Origin: Candidatus Latescibacterota bacterium
GTDB lineage: Bacteria > Latescibacterota > CBDEFO01
Length of the DNA: 64,000 nucleotides
Direction of reading: 5' to 3'
NCBI GenBank assembly: GCA_965237525.1
Contig: CBDEFO010000007.1
Span: 1 to 64,000 of the forward strand
The position numbers were made by a program, and so were the translations under genes. Each line of letters opens with the position of its first letter. Position 1 is the stretch's first letter. The notes beneath the pieces are model-generated. The model saw only the letters and a program-made list of their open reading frames with translations. It did no database searches and was not told the DNA's origin. Shown here piece by piece: positions 1 through 11,823 of this stretch.

Positions 1-203
1 AAAGGAGCGGATGAATCAGAGGTGTGTCGGAAGAATGGAATTAGCCAGTCACAGGCGTATGCTTGGGTGATAGTTTCTTAGAAGGAGGCCAGGAGAGTCT
101 GAAGTCTCGGCGTGGTTGCAAGGACCCGAAGGAGCGGGAGGTTGGTCGGTTGGAGCGCAAGGTAGGGCAGTTGACGCTCCAGTTGGAGGTACGCGAGTGC
201 TGA
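1..203 (+). mobile_element. IS3-family OrfA transposase remnant (truncated at window edge, frameshifted)
   Basis: Manual translation gives EVCRKNGISQSQAYAW, then after a frameshift FLEGGQESL...EVGRLERKVGQLTLQLE, the HTH plus leucine-zipper pattern of IS3 OrfA. Confidence 0.6.
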
Positions 204-573
204 TTGAAAACGGTGAAGGATCAGGGCCCCATGGGAACTAGCGCGTTGCTGGTGCACCTTTTGGTGGGGGGCGCGCGACGTGCCCTCGACGGAAGGGCTG
301 GTTAACGCAGCGTGCATATCATCTATTGGTGGATTTCGGTGCTACTTCTTTGCATGGCAGCTGTAGCTAAGTATCAGATCAAGATTGTCTGGAGGTGACT
401 ATCGAGATCCAAGACGGAAGATAGCACACAGAAAGTGGCAACCTCAAGATAGATCCCTATTCAATTACTTCCGCCAGGTTTTGTCAAGATACTCAGTTAG
501 AGATCGAATGGGAAGTGTGGCAGCTTCTTTCGAGCGCGCATCAAAGCATTTAGAGAGCGCAGCGCTGTCTAAC

Positions 574-2019
574 TTAAAGTCCTCTCGGATACGCGCCGTA
601 TTGGACGATGATTTCTACGTTCTCTACCGTCAATGGCGCTATGAAGTCGGAGGGCTGCTCTTTTAAAACTATCTCCAGCAGGTTCCGGCCTTTCTGAGGG
701 CGCACTCCTTCCAGGTCAAATGCCAGCCACTGGCCCGCGTACCGGTCGGGCAGTTTGGGGAAGGTGCGCTTGCAGAGTTCCTCTGCCAGGGACTGCCCGT
801 TCAAAAACATCTCCAGTTGGTGCACCGCCATCAGGTTGGTTATGTAGATTTTGAGCTGAATACTCTGTACCCGGTCGTTCTGGATATCGTCGGCGATGGA
901 AAAGGGAAGCTGATAGCGTTTGGCCGGATCAGCAGAAGGCATTTCAAGCGGCAGGGGGGCCTCGTAATCCTGCTCGCCGGCCGACTCGCAGTGCCGGCGG
1001 AGGAAGTAGTGTTTGTCAGCTTCTTTTACCAGCTCGGGTTCTCCAAGTTCCGTGAGAGTGCTGCGCTCCACATCCCCCAGGGGCCACGGCATGAACCTGG
1101 TGTAGAGACCGTCCACGTCCAGCTCCCAGAAGTTGGCCGCCGCAGCACGCATCATGGCCGGGGAAGCGTACACAGTCTCAGTGCCTATGCGGTAGTAGTA
1201 GGGCTGCAGCATGGCGTAAACTGATATCTCGTTTTCATGGGCCGCCTGCACCACCCAGTCGATGGGCATGTTGGCGTCGAGGTAGTTGGACACATATAAC
1301 ATAGGAACCACAAAGTCTACCAGCCCCTCGCTCAGCCAGGTGTGAACGTCCAGGCCTACTTTCAGATTCAGCTCCTCTGTGGGATATACACGCGCACCCA
1401 CCAGGCCGGGGTCGCCTGACCGGTTTATGGACCATCTCAGCCACTCGGCGCACAAAGTCGGTCATCACTGATGTGTGTTCCGATGCTTCCTCGGGTCTGA
1501 AGCAGAAGGAATCCCCGCCCGGAGCTCCCGGCAAAGTCCATCTCCACGCCCTCTACCGGATACTGCGTGGTGAGCTCCTCCAGCACGGCGAACTGGTGGT
1601 CGCGCACCTCCTGGTGCACGTACCCCTTCCCCCCTGTCGGCACTGAGTACCCCAGAGGGCATGCCTGGCTGCTCGCCCATACGCAGGCTGGAGAAAAAGT
1701 CCATGCCTTTCTCGTGAGCCCGGTCGATTAGCACCTTCAGTGGATCCAGGCCGCGGTCTATCAGGCTCTGCATATTATGCCATACGCGCCAGTAGGCGGC
1801 CAGATCAAAACCATCCAGGCCTTCACCGAACCTGAGACCCACTTTGGAAGGGTAGAAAAGGCCATCACCCCGCGCTACCCCGTAGATGAAGGTGTCGACG
1901 GATGTGCCGGCAACCTCGTCAATGGGTACCCAAGCATCTTCTAACCGGAACGGCGGGTCGTAAATGAACAGATAGCAATGCCGTGCATCATTGAAGTAGA
2001 TCGTCCTGCGGCGTCTCAT
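574..2019 (-). pseudogene. Glycoside hydrolase-like (GHL10-type TIM barrel) protein, split by frameshifts
   Basis: ORFs 1465-2019, 1437-1643, 1235-1534 and 574-1455 form one consecutive protein (IYFND...AHEKGMDFFSSLRM...GVEMDF...GLDVHTWLSEGLVD). Confidence 0.65.
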
Positions 2020-2377
2020 GGCAAGTAGTCCTCTCTCTTAGAATTATGAATAGGTCCTCGTTTCTATTCTCATCTCAACGCAAATATACCTTTATCCAAA
2101 CAACTTAACAAGAACAATTCTGTGCACACTAACTACGTGTTCAAAGTGGGCAATTTTACAACGATTCTGGACTGATGAATCTTTGTTGACAGCTAATTGC
2201 TTCCATCGCAGTGTCACGCAGCCTGGTGATATGGAAGAGTAACTGGGACAACCTTGGAACTTACGCCTACAAGCACGGTTTCGGCAATCCGTGGAATGAT
2301 TTCGACAGCTATGCTCAGATTCACCTGCTCTGGTCCTAAGAGTGACTTACAGTGTATCTCAATCTGCGCCGCACCTA

Positions 2378-3529
2378 CTATCTATCTAAATCCAAACGGG
2401 CCCAATGAATGTCCATGGACGTTTCCGTTCCCGCGTAGTAGACAACTAACACATCGCCATCAGGAAGGGCCTCTGAATAGGGTAGACCAAAGGTCCAAAG
2501 CGACATATCCGCCAGAAGTGCAGCAGTATCATCGTCAGCCGAATCCTGAGCTGAGGCTGCACTGTGCGAGTAAATCACCACTTCTGTCGCAGGATCAAAG
2601 GGTGCCTCGATGGAGGGGGCCAAACGCGCTCGAATCGAACGGGTACCGAAGCGGTCCACCCACGCAAGGACGACGCGTCCGTCCTGCATTATGGCAGGAT
2701 GTGCTGCCTGGTCGGTAAAACCTAGATCCTCAAGGGGCGCCCAGGTCTGGCCTCCATCCGGGCTGATCCGGCGGTGGATATTGAGGTAAGTATTCGTCTG
2801 GCTGTCGTAGGTCCACAGAAAGGTAGCGATACGGCCGTCCGGGGCTACGCCAGCACGCTGGTCCCAGTAGAAGATGCGGCCCGTCGGATCCTGGCTGGCT
2901 GTGACGGGCTCACCCCAGGTCTGACCCAGATCAGTTGAATGAAACAAGACAACTCGTTGGTGCCACGTGGAACTATCTTCGTAGGGTTTGTTCGTCTCAA
3001 CACTTAACACTAAAGTACCGTCGGGAAGTACCATGATCGGGTTCGTTAAACTCGGCGGGCCAATATCCAGCGGGCATCGGAACCACTCGGCACGGAGTCC
3101 ACGTTTCTCCGAAATCGTGTGAATCGGCCAGCAGAAGCTCTATCGGCAGACAACCCTCGGTCTCGGGGTTGAACAGCGGCTTGCCAGGGTAAGTCTCCCG
3201 ATCGATCCACAAGTAAGCCGCGATTAGGTGGCCCCCGATAGGTTCAATCGGGGGTGAAAGCTCGGTAAGGTAACAGGGACCTGAGTGACCCCTGTAAGCC
3301 TCCAATTTGCGTCCCTTCGAAAGGCCGTTTCGGTGCACTCCAGGTCTGACCGCTATCCTGAGAACGATAAAGCTTCGACTGTTCCATCGGGAGAGTCCTT
3401 GTTCGAGCCAGCGCGGCAGGTGGCCATCAGCGTGCCATTGGAGAGCGCAACTACACTAGAGAAAGTCAATAGCGCTCGTTCGGTCCCCGCTACGCCACTG
3501 GACAGAATGCCTTTCTCAATAATTCTCAT
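2378..3529 (-). pseudogene. Sialidase/BNR (Asp-box) family protein, frameshifted
   Basis: Asp-box motifs SHDFGETW, STDLGQTW and SPDGGQTW across split ORFs; ATG at 3529 (MRIIEKG); contains a palindrome at 3232-3254. Confidence 0.75.
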
Positions 3530-3798
3530 AGAATTCAGCGCAGGAGACTCCCAGTTTAATTAAGTAGGAAGCATACAGGGATAAGAGGCGTTGCCCTGTC
3601 TACCCCCGATTGCATCTATCGGGGGGGTCGGGCGTTACTGTGTACTGCATTTGCGCGGGAGAGAAATGCGCCTTTCCTCCTTTCTATTTGACAAATTATT
3701 CGAACCATGTAAGAATCCCCTTTCGGGTTCCCAAAAAAGTTTTCGATACTTTTTTGGGGGAAGGAGGTCCCGTGACGCTTCTTTGTAAACGTTGTCAA

Positions 3799-4865
3799 TC
3801 ACGCGTAACGTGTGCGGAGCAATTCTGCCGCCTGACACATCGCCTTGAGCTTCAGATACGCTTCGTCCAGGTCCATGGGGTTCTGAACCGACGGTGAGAA
3901 GCCACAGTCCGGATGCAGTGTGATGCGCTCGGCTTCCACATAGCGCATGGCCCTTTCCACTCGTGCGACCACTTCCTCTGGAGTTTCCACCTCTCGGTCG
4001 CAGTGGTCAATGCACCCGAATCCCAACCGCACTTTCTCAGGGAATTGAGCCAGGGACTCCAGGCCACTGGCTACTGGAGTGGCATATTCCATCGAGATCG
4101 TACCGACCCGCAACTTGGCCAGTGCCGGCATGATCAGATCGTAGGGGCCCTCGGTGGCGTGCTTGTGGTCAAAATGAGCGTGGCACAGGTGGATTCCTGT
4201 TTTCACATCTTCGATCCCATCCACCGTCTGATTGATAAGATCGACGCACAGGGTCCATTTCGTACTGCACGTCAGTGACACCATCTTTCTCGCGAAAGCT
4301 GGGATCGACCATTGTAGCCAGCCAAGGCTCATCGAGCTGCACTGTGTCCGCTCCGGCGTCGCGGAGCGCCTCGATTTCCTGTCGGAGGATCGGCACACAA
4401 GCGGCCATCAGTTTCTCGGGGGTGGGGTACGCCGCTTTCGAGTGCTCCGGATGCCACATCCGCCGGCCGATAATGTATGGAGCAGGTAAGGTGGCCTCGA
4501 CGCGTCGCTGGGTTCGCTGCCGGATATAACGAATCTCCTCAACAGCTATGGGACGGTAATACTCGACCGGTGCTACCACAGCCGGGTAGGGTAATCCACC
4601 AGCTGGGATTCAGGTCGGGCTGGAAGCCCCGCACGCGTTCGGCAAAGACCTTGACGTAGCTCTCCCGACGCCATTCGCCATCGGTGATCTCTTCCAGCCC
4701 TGCCCGCTCTTGCAGCAGAAGAACCGATTCGATGGCCCGGTCCAGCACCTCGTCTACTTCTTGCTCAGATATCCTCCCGTCCTTGCGGTCCAAGATGAGC
4801 TCACGCACCCAGGCCGGGCGGGGCAGACTGCCGCTGACAGTAGTAGGGAACAGTGTATTTGTCAT
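3799..4865 (-). pseudogene. Cobalamin-independent methionine synthase II-like protein, frameshifted
   Basis: PTTVSGSLPRP, TDGEWRRES, QLDEP, HLC and HPDCGF motifs spread over three frames. Confidence 0.8.
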
Positions 4866-5444
4866 GACAATTCTCCTCTCTTCAGGTCTTAGCATTTGGA
4901 AGACGACGCGCTAAAGCGCAGCTTGGGAAACTTTGAACATCGGAGCTGTATTTAAGCCGTGAACGCGACCGTTGCAGTATCTGTCTAATATCTTCAGCGA
5001 GCTTTAGCAAGAGTGGCAAGTATGAGAAAACTACAGTTTCTTTGTGACTGCTTAATTATAAAAAAATGACGGCGTAAAATCAAGTACTTACCAAAGCTAT
5101 TTTCAGAAGGAGTTTTACAGATACGTGTGAAAAGTGGGATGTTAGACATCTCCGCCGCAAACGCGCCGCAAATTCGATGTCTGAAGACGCGCGAAGCCTC
5201 ACAGAGCTTGGAGATGCGCCGGCCGGGAAAGTTGAGAAGCTTGTCTCGCCTCAGATTGTGCGAATGTCAGGCACAAGGGCAAAAGCGAAGCTGTTAACGG
5301 TTAGGACTGAGATTTCCATTGACTTCCACTATCTTGTTTTATATGTTCTCATCTACTGCGGCATCTATTACTAAGTATGGGGTCAAAACCCGTGTGATAT
5401 GTTTTGGAAAGGGAGAAAGCTGATCCAAGCTTTGGCACGAACAG

Positions 5445-6303
5445 ATGCAGGGAGGGATGAAAAATGCAGGAGAAGGAACCTATCCGCCTCGCATCCTCGT
5501 CGTAGCTGCCCACCCACACCATTTTACGCACTGCGCCGGTACCTGCGGCATCCACACCTCCCGGGGAGACTCGGTAACGGTAGTATGTGTGACCGACGGT
5601 GTTAACATACATAACGAGCGATTGCACGACGAGCTGATGAGGCCGGAGGAGGATCGGGATGCTAATATAGTCAACCAAACGGCACAAGAGTACGCTGAGA
5701 TGAAAGCTAATGAAGTCCGCGAAGTCTGCGACCTTTTCAGGGTAGCCGACGTACGTATGCTGGCTTTTACTCAGTCTTTCCGTCTGGACAAGGTGCCTGA
5801 GGCGGTCGAGACATCATCTACGATGTGCGCCCCGACTTGTTAATCACGCATAGACCCTACCTCAGCGGACCACACGGAATGGACACTGCCGCTCAGGACG
5901 ATCACAACGAGGTAGCATTTGCTGTCCATGAGGGCGGCAATCCAGGCGGCGACGCCCGACGATGTGACCAAGCATAGGCCGCATAACATAGCGGCCACAT
6001 ATTGTCCGGGCGTCTATTTCATGTCGGATGAGATCGACTTCTATGTGGATATCTCCGAATGGAAGGAGCAGCGGGTTCAGGCGGAGTGCCTTTTCAGCAG
6101 TCAGGGTCACACCGAAGCCTATGCCCGCAAGAGACTTGAGATCGGCGCGGGCAGAATGGGCCGCACGCTAAAAGAGAGTATGCGAGGGGTTCGTGCGCGC
6201 AGCGCCAGAAGTTCTGCCGCGGATAATCGTGCCGGAATTAGCCTTGCAACAGGCCTCGGAGCTCCGAATTAACCACATGAAGGTAGCCATAGGTGAACTG
6301 TAA
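5445..6303 (+). pseudogene. PIG-L/LmbE-family deacetylase, frameshifted
   Basis: ILVVAAHP..F and VCVTDG in ORF 5445-5843; FYVDISEW in ORF 5919-6272. Confidence 0.7.
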
Positions 6304-6442
6304 GAAGATCAATAAAATAAGCCTCTTACAAAAATTACATCTCTTGTATCAATCGATGCCGATAGGTCGGGGACAGGAGCAATTATCAACTTTCCCGCAG
6401 AAGTCTTGAAGAACTCATTAGGGGTACTGAAAGGAGAACGTA

Positions 6443-7306
6443 ATGGCAAAAACGGAGATGAAAGTTGAACGCCCGAAGATTCTCCACATGGCTACTCTGT
6501 GGACTCTGACCGGTTACGGTGGCAAGAAGGGAGAGTGGACCACTGAGCAGAAACTGCGGCGTATCCAGAACGCTGGGTTTGACGGATTCCTGGCACGGGT
6601 GCCGGTGGTGACCCGTGAACAAGTGGACAAGTACGGGCTTACCTTCGCAGCCACTGTGGATATAGGGAGCGCCAAGGACGTAATGCCCCAGCTCAAGGCC
6701 GCCAACGAAGTGGGCGCACGATGCGTCAATGTGCAGATGCTCGACCACGATACACCGACCAGGAAGGCAGTGGCTCTGGCCCGGCGCGTGATGGCCGCGG
6801 CGGACAATCTACAGATGGATGTGGCTATTGAGGTGCACCGGGATACCTGCACCGAGACACCGGAGAAGGCCTACGCTCTGGCCGAAGGGTTTGAAAAGGC
6901 GGAGAAGCGGCTGCTCAAGATGACGTGGGATTTTTCGCATCCTGCCGTTGTCAAGCATCTCTCGCCGCCCTACTGGGATCGACTGGCCGAGCGGGTGGAC
7001 CTGATCCAGTACGCGCAGCAGTTCCATTTCCGGCCCTTCAACGGGCACCACTGCCAGATTCCGGAGCTCGGACGGGGTGGGAAGCTCACTCCGGAGTTTC
7101 TGGACTGGCTGGAATTTGCCGAGAAGGTGATTGAGTGCTGGCTGCAGGCCGCCACGCCGGGACGGGAGATGTTCGTCTGTCCAGAGCAGGGGGCTGCGGG
7201 ATATTTCCTGTCCGTCTTCGGAGACCGATGGAAGGACGTGCAGGCGATTCGAGATGAGGTGGACCGGGCCTGGAAGAGGCAGTTGAGAAATTGGACGAGC
7301 AAATGA
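6443..7306 (+). CDS. Xylose isomerase-like TIM barrel (sugar phosphate isomerase/epimerase family)
   Basis: Intact 287-aa ORF with an AAGGAG RBS; IEVHRD, WDFSH and CPEQG motifs. Confidence 0.7.
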   Translation: MAKTEMKVERPKILHMATLWTLTGYGGKKGEWTTEQKLRRIQNAGFDGFLARVPVVTREQVDKYGLTFAATVDIGSAKDVMPQLKAANEVGARCVNVQMLDHDTPTRKAVALARRVMAAADNLQMDVAIEVHRDTCTETPEKAYALAEGFEKAEKRLLKMTWDFSHPAVVKHLSPPYWDRLAERVDLIQYAQQFHFRPFNGHHCQIPELGRGGKLTPEFLDWLEFAEKVIECWLQAATPGREMFVCPEQGAAGYFLSVFGDRWKDVQAIRDEVDRAWKRQLRNWTSK

Positions 7307-7456
7307 AAACCCTGATCTCCGGCGCGTGAGCACGTAGCCTCCGATTGAATCTATCAAGGGTAAACATGGCTACCACGCGCCTCCCTGTCTGCCGCTTGCT
7401 GTCTATTTGTATATATGGACCGACCCCATTTTCTTCCGTCTCTGACCGGTGGGTCT

Positions 7457-7831
7457 TCAGAGCTCGAGCGGCTCGGGAGTACGTAGAATGAACGTCTTCT
7501 TGATGTAGTTTGGCACATGCCATTTCGTTTTCAGCCCCAGCGGAAAATGGACAAAATCGCCCGCCCGAAAAGTGTGCCGTTCACCACCTTCTTCCTCGAT
7601 GGTCGCTTCGCCCTCGAGCACCATTACGAACTCGTCCCAGCCGTATTCCCAACTGAACTTGCCCGCTGTGCAGTCCCAGACACCCTGCGTCACCTTGAGG
7701 TCGGACGACTGCTCCGAGATCCAAATTCTGGCAACGGGTTCGCCTTCCAGAATCTGTTCCTCAGGGATTGGAAAATCAGTAAGCTGGACTGATGATCCCT
7801 CGTTCACCTTGACTGATAGTGTGCTCATCAT
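7457..7831 (-). CDS. Cupin (DUF861/EutQ-like) protein
   Basis: GVWDCTAGKF, EFVMVLEG and AGDFVHFPLG motifs; AAGGAG RBS. Confidence 0.8.
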   Translation of the reverse strand: MMSTLSVKVNEGSSVQLTDFPIPEEQILEGEPVARIWISEQSSDLKVTQGVWDCTAGKFSWEYGWDEFVMVLEGEATIEEEGGERHTFRAGDFVHFPLGLKTKWHVPNYIKKTFILRTPEPLEL

Positions 7832-8045
7832 CGTCTCCTTTCTGTGGGACTTCTTCCGATCCCCGACCCCCGATTGAATCTATCGGGGGTTCAATCGGGG
7901 ACTGACCTAATCTTTCATCTACAGTGCTGATCTTGTCCTCGCCTCGGAATCTCGTTGTAGATCACAAGTCGTCTGCAAGCTTGTCGAAGATTTGTATCCC
8001 TTCCCGTATTTTCACTGGCGCCCTGCTTCAGCGAAGATCACGACA

Positions 8046-8876
8046 TCATATTGGGGTATGTTGGCGGTACGCCGCCACTGCCTGCGTCGCTGCCGCGCTG
8101 ATCAACGATAACTCGCTGACCAGTTCGAAGAACTGACATCCTTCAGCGATCCACTTAGCCCCTGACTCCGGCCCTGAGGCGGTCGTGCCGAACGGCACTT
8201 TGTGCTTCAAGCACAAGTCAAGTATGTCACGCATCGGTTCCTTGACGCGGGGATGATCGTATTCGCCGGGATAGCCCATCGCTATTGAAAAGTCATAGGG
8301 TCCCACATAGACCATATCCAGATCTGGTGTGGTAATGATCTCCTCCGCGTTCTCGTAGCCCATGGCTGTTTCTATATGGGCCATGATCACGGTGGACTGG
8401 TTTGCCTTCTTCAACCACGCCTTGTCATCCTCGGGGCTGACGTAGTCTACATTTCCAAAGCCCGGGGCTGCAGCACGTGTCCCCGCCGGCGGGAACTTCA
8501 TATAATCGATCAGGGCCATCAGCTCCTCGCGGGATTCGGTGCGGGGTAGCTGGATGCCTACAACACCGGCTTCCAGTAGACGCGCGACCTCGGGCCGGCC
8601 CAGCTCGCCCACCTTGGAAATGACGGGAACCTGATTGTCGCGGGCGCAAAGCACGAAGTCTGTCATCTCGCTGCCGTCAAAGTAAGCGTGTTCTTTTTCG
8701 ATGAAGATGAAATCGAAGCCGGCATAGCGATATTTCTTAACCAGCGATGGGCGGAGGTATTCGGACACTATACCTCCCAGAAGGACATCACCTGCCTTGA
8801 GACGTCTCTTGAAGGCGCGTCCGAGGACGGTGGGATCATGCTTTTGGGGATGTTGTATCTTTCTGGTCCTGGCCAT
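8046..8876 (-). CDS. HpcH/HpaI aldolase family protein
   Basis: GFDFIFIEKEH, HIET and VGPYDFS motifs; start reassigned to the ATG after GGAGG. Confidence 0.8.
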   Translation of the reverse strand: MARTRKIQHPQKHDPTVLGRAFKRRLKAGDVLLGGIVSEYLRPSLVKKYRYAGFDFIFIEKEHAYFDGSEMTDFVLCARDNQVPVISKVGELGRPEVARLLEAGVVGIQLPRTESREELMALIDYMKFPPAGTRAAAPGFGNVDYVSPEDDKAWLKKANQSTVIMAHIETAMGYENAEEIITTPDLDMVYVGPYDFSIAMGYPGEYDHPRVKEPMRDILDLCLKHKVPFGTTASGPESGAKWIAEGCQFFELVSELSLISAAATQAVAAYRQHTPI

Positions 8877-9703
8877 GCTCATCCTCCACTGGGCCCCAAA
8901 AAGTATCGAAGAACTTTTTGGAGGGGGGAAAGTAAGAAGTTCTACATTTATAAAAATTATGGCAGAATACGGCCACTCGTGAGTGGCGGATGAATACCAT
9001 CGGGGAAGGAGGAGGGCATCTCCCAAGGGCGGGGTTTGAAGCCCCGCCCGCGGAGTGCCTAAGTTGAGTTGCGCCGAAGGCGGTGACTCAACGTGGCTTC
9101 ACTGAAACAGTTAGGCACACCGTTGGATCGTCCCCGATTGATTCTATCGGGGACTGGCGGAGCGCGTTGATACCGATCCTCATCCCTTCCTTACACTACC
9201 CATAAGTCGTGGGTAATCACCTCCTCCGAAGTCAAGATATCCGCTCCATCCTCTGTGATTAGTACTACATCCTCAAGGCCGAACTTCTCTTCAGCCTTCC
9301 AGAACGGGTAGACGCCGTTCAATGTGATAAAGGGTTCAACGGACAACACCATGTTCTCCTGTAACACGGCCGTGCTGGTCGCACTTAGACCCGGCTGTTC
9401 ATGCAGGTCCAGTGCGAGACTGTGGCCAATCGCCGACCAGCCAGACTCCAGACACCACTGTGAGAAGGCGCCAAAGCCCGCTGCATCGTTCACCGCGAAC
9501 GCCGCCTGAAGCGGCACATTTAATGGGACACCGGGTTTCATCACTTCGATGGCGGCGAAGAGCCCCTCCCTGGCGAGATCATAGAAGCGTCTCTCTAGGG
9601 GCCGCGGTTCTCCGACGGCAGACATGCGCTTGAAGTCGCACCAGTAGCCCTCGTATACACAGCCGCCGTCAAACTGCACCAGGTCTCCTGACTGGATCAC
9701 ATA

Positions 9704-11009
9704 CTGGTTATTTATCAAATGAAATCGGTGCACTTCTCTTTCGATCTTTGATTGATCTTGAATGATAGGTTTTCGACAATCTTTGGTTTCTGTTCTTTTT
9801 CAAAATGGATGTATAATTGTTCTTCTTTTAGGTTCCATTCAGCCAGGACAAAGTAGTTGGTGTAAGAGGAGGGAAGAGATACTTTCTCATTTAGGACATC
9901 GATAAAGGCTTTATCTGTCTGTTCTGTGTCCTGTTTGACTTGTCTGATAAAATAGGTCTTGGGAATGAAATCTTTCTCGTTTGACTTCTCTTGCTTAGGT
10001 GGACGGTAGCCGGTGTATCTCTGTGATGAAAGATTAAACCATTCTAACTTCTGATCAACTTCTTGTAAGCTTTTGAACTGAATTCTGTTCCAGAACTTCC
10101 TTGAAAATATAGAATTGTTGCCTTCTATAGATGCTTGAGAAAAGGGCCTTCTGGGAACGGCAAATATCGGAATCACTTGATTTTTCAAGAGAAACTGCAT
10201 TGCTTTGCTGACATTCCTTTTACCTGAAACACTGCCAATAGTCGCCGAGCAATTGTCCACCTTAACGAAATCTGGTTTTTCAAACCTGTCAAAGAAAGAC
10301 TGACACTTCTCGATAAAGTTAGTTGCTGTTTGACCGTCAACCCGCCGAAAATACCTTAACTTAGGCTCTTTCTTAAAGGAAAATCCAACGAAGTTGACCG
10401 GCTCAGTTCTGCCGGTAAGATACTTTTTACCAATAAAGTCTGATTCTAGGACTCTGCCTCCTGAAAGATAGTAAATGGTATACTCTGGATAACAAAGATA
10501 ACGAGATGCACCCTTGTTTTTACCTTTCTTCCTTCTCTGGGAAAGTCCTAAATCTGAAAGCATTCTGCCGATAGTCGGCAACGACGGAGGAGGGGTGCTA
10601 GAATATCGATTCCTCCATTCTTGTTCAATAACAGTGGCTCCTGAATAGAACTGATAAGGATCGTCCTCTAAGCTATGGTAAATCTCTTTGATTCTCTGTT
10701 CGTCAACTTTAGCCAATTTTCGCCTTTTTCCTTTTGGCCAACCCCGATTATCCATGGCAAAATCCTGATCCAGAGATTTAGTCCAAGCCGTAACGAAATC
10801 ATTGGAAACTCTCGCTTGTTTGATAACTTCTCGCTTTGACATTTCTTTCTTAAAATACATCTCGTTGACTTCTTGTCTTAATACGGCCAATCTCTCTTTG
10901 TCCATAGGACTCCGTAGATTAAAGTTAAGACAATCAACTCAACTTAATCTACTAATACTCTAAACAAAGATCAAATTAGTTGCACCGATTTCATTTGATA
11001 TTCAACCTG
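9704..11009 (-). mobile_element. 1306-bp IS (copy A) with rve/IS481-like DDE transposase, 27-bp imperfect TIRs and TA flanks
   Basis: TIRs GGTTATTTATCAAATGAAATCGGTGCA and TGCACCGATTTCATTTGATATTCAACC; TA at 9702-9703 and 11010-11011; near-identical second copy at 41164-45515. Confidence 0.85.
9715..10905 (-). CDS. Transposase, integrase-core (rve)-like, 396 aa
   Basis: N-terminal HTH; putative D-D-E triad in ESDFIG, KVDN and PRRPFSQASIEG. Confidence 0.75.
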   Translation of the reverse strand: MDKERLAVLRQEVNEMYFKKEMSKREVIKQARVSNDFVTAWTKSLDQDFAMDNRGWPKGKRRKLAKVDEQRIKEIYHSLEDDPYQFYSGATVIEQEWRNRYSSTPPPSLPTIGRMLSDLGLSQRRKKGKNKGASRYLCYPEYTIYYLSGGRVLESDFIGKKYLTGRTEPVNFVGFSFKKEPKLRYFRRVDGQTATNFIEKCQSFFDRFEKPDFVKVDNCSATIGSVSGKRNVSKAMQFLLKNQVIPIFAVPRRPFSQASIEGNNSIFSRKFWNRIQFKSLQEVDQKLEWFNLSSQRYTGYRPPKQEKSNEKDFIPKTYFIRQVKQDTEQTDKAFIDVLNEKVSLPSSYTNYFVLAEWNLKEEQLYIHFEKEQKPKIVENLSFKINQRSKEKCTDFI

Positions 11010-11823
11010 TAGTCAGTAGGCATACCAGCAGCCCACATGGCTCGTGGCCCGGCGTACAATGCATTGAAACGCTGCTCGCTGGCCCCTCAGCGCACATGAC
11101 TGATGTTATGATGTCTATCACGTAGGCTTCTCTGTCATCCCGGGTATGAGGGCTTCAAACCCGGCCTTGACGCCCTTGGCGGTGATATCTGTGGCTCTGC
11201 GCAGGCTCGCGATCTCAGCGGGAGATTTGATGCTGCGTACCTCCCAGATAGAATCACTGGCATCCACAATCTTGGCATGCGGTAGGCCCTGAAGGATGGA
11301 AGTAAAATGGGTATGCGCCATGTGTGCGTGAATATCTGCGCCAAGCTCCATGCCAATGACACCGGGATCAAGCCGTCTCTCTTTCAATACGTCCAGGACC
11401 AAGGATACGGCGTTCGACTTCTCGGACATGTAAAAGGCCTTTTCCCAGGGCCAGTAGCGCAGATCCTCGATCCAGCACTGCTTCAGCAAGTGATTGAAGC
11501 CGTTGGCGACCAGCAGGATCGGATCACCTGCAGCCGGCAAGATGGTCAGAAAGTAGAAATGATGTGCATCCCAGGCGCCGTCCCGCAGGCCGGCAAAGTA
11601 GCGCAAGTTCTGCCGCTGGGTTAGGAAAAGCGCATCAATGCCATGCTGCCTGAGGCTTTGTTGGGTACGGGCATACCGCGCTGTGTACTCCTCGCGTGGA
11701 AAGTCAGGAAACATGAGCTTTTTCATTTCAATGTGGGCTCCGGGAAACTTCGGCGCTTGATCTCTGGCTCCTTCACGGGGTCTTATCCCCGATGGATTCA
11801 ATCGGGGACCAATGCGACCCGGT

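Larger units (their letters stand above)
9191..11726 (-). pseudogene. M24 (Xaa-Pro peptidase/creatinase) family protein, interrupted by an IS and two frameshifts
   Basis: N-terminal part RSIKSPAEI; C-terminal part GYWCDFKR, GHSLALDLHE, SVEP and EDVVLIT; IS at 9704-11009. Confidence 0.85.
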
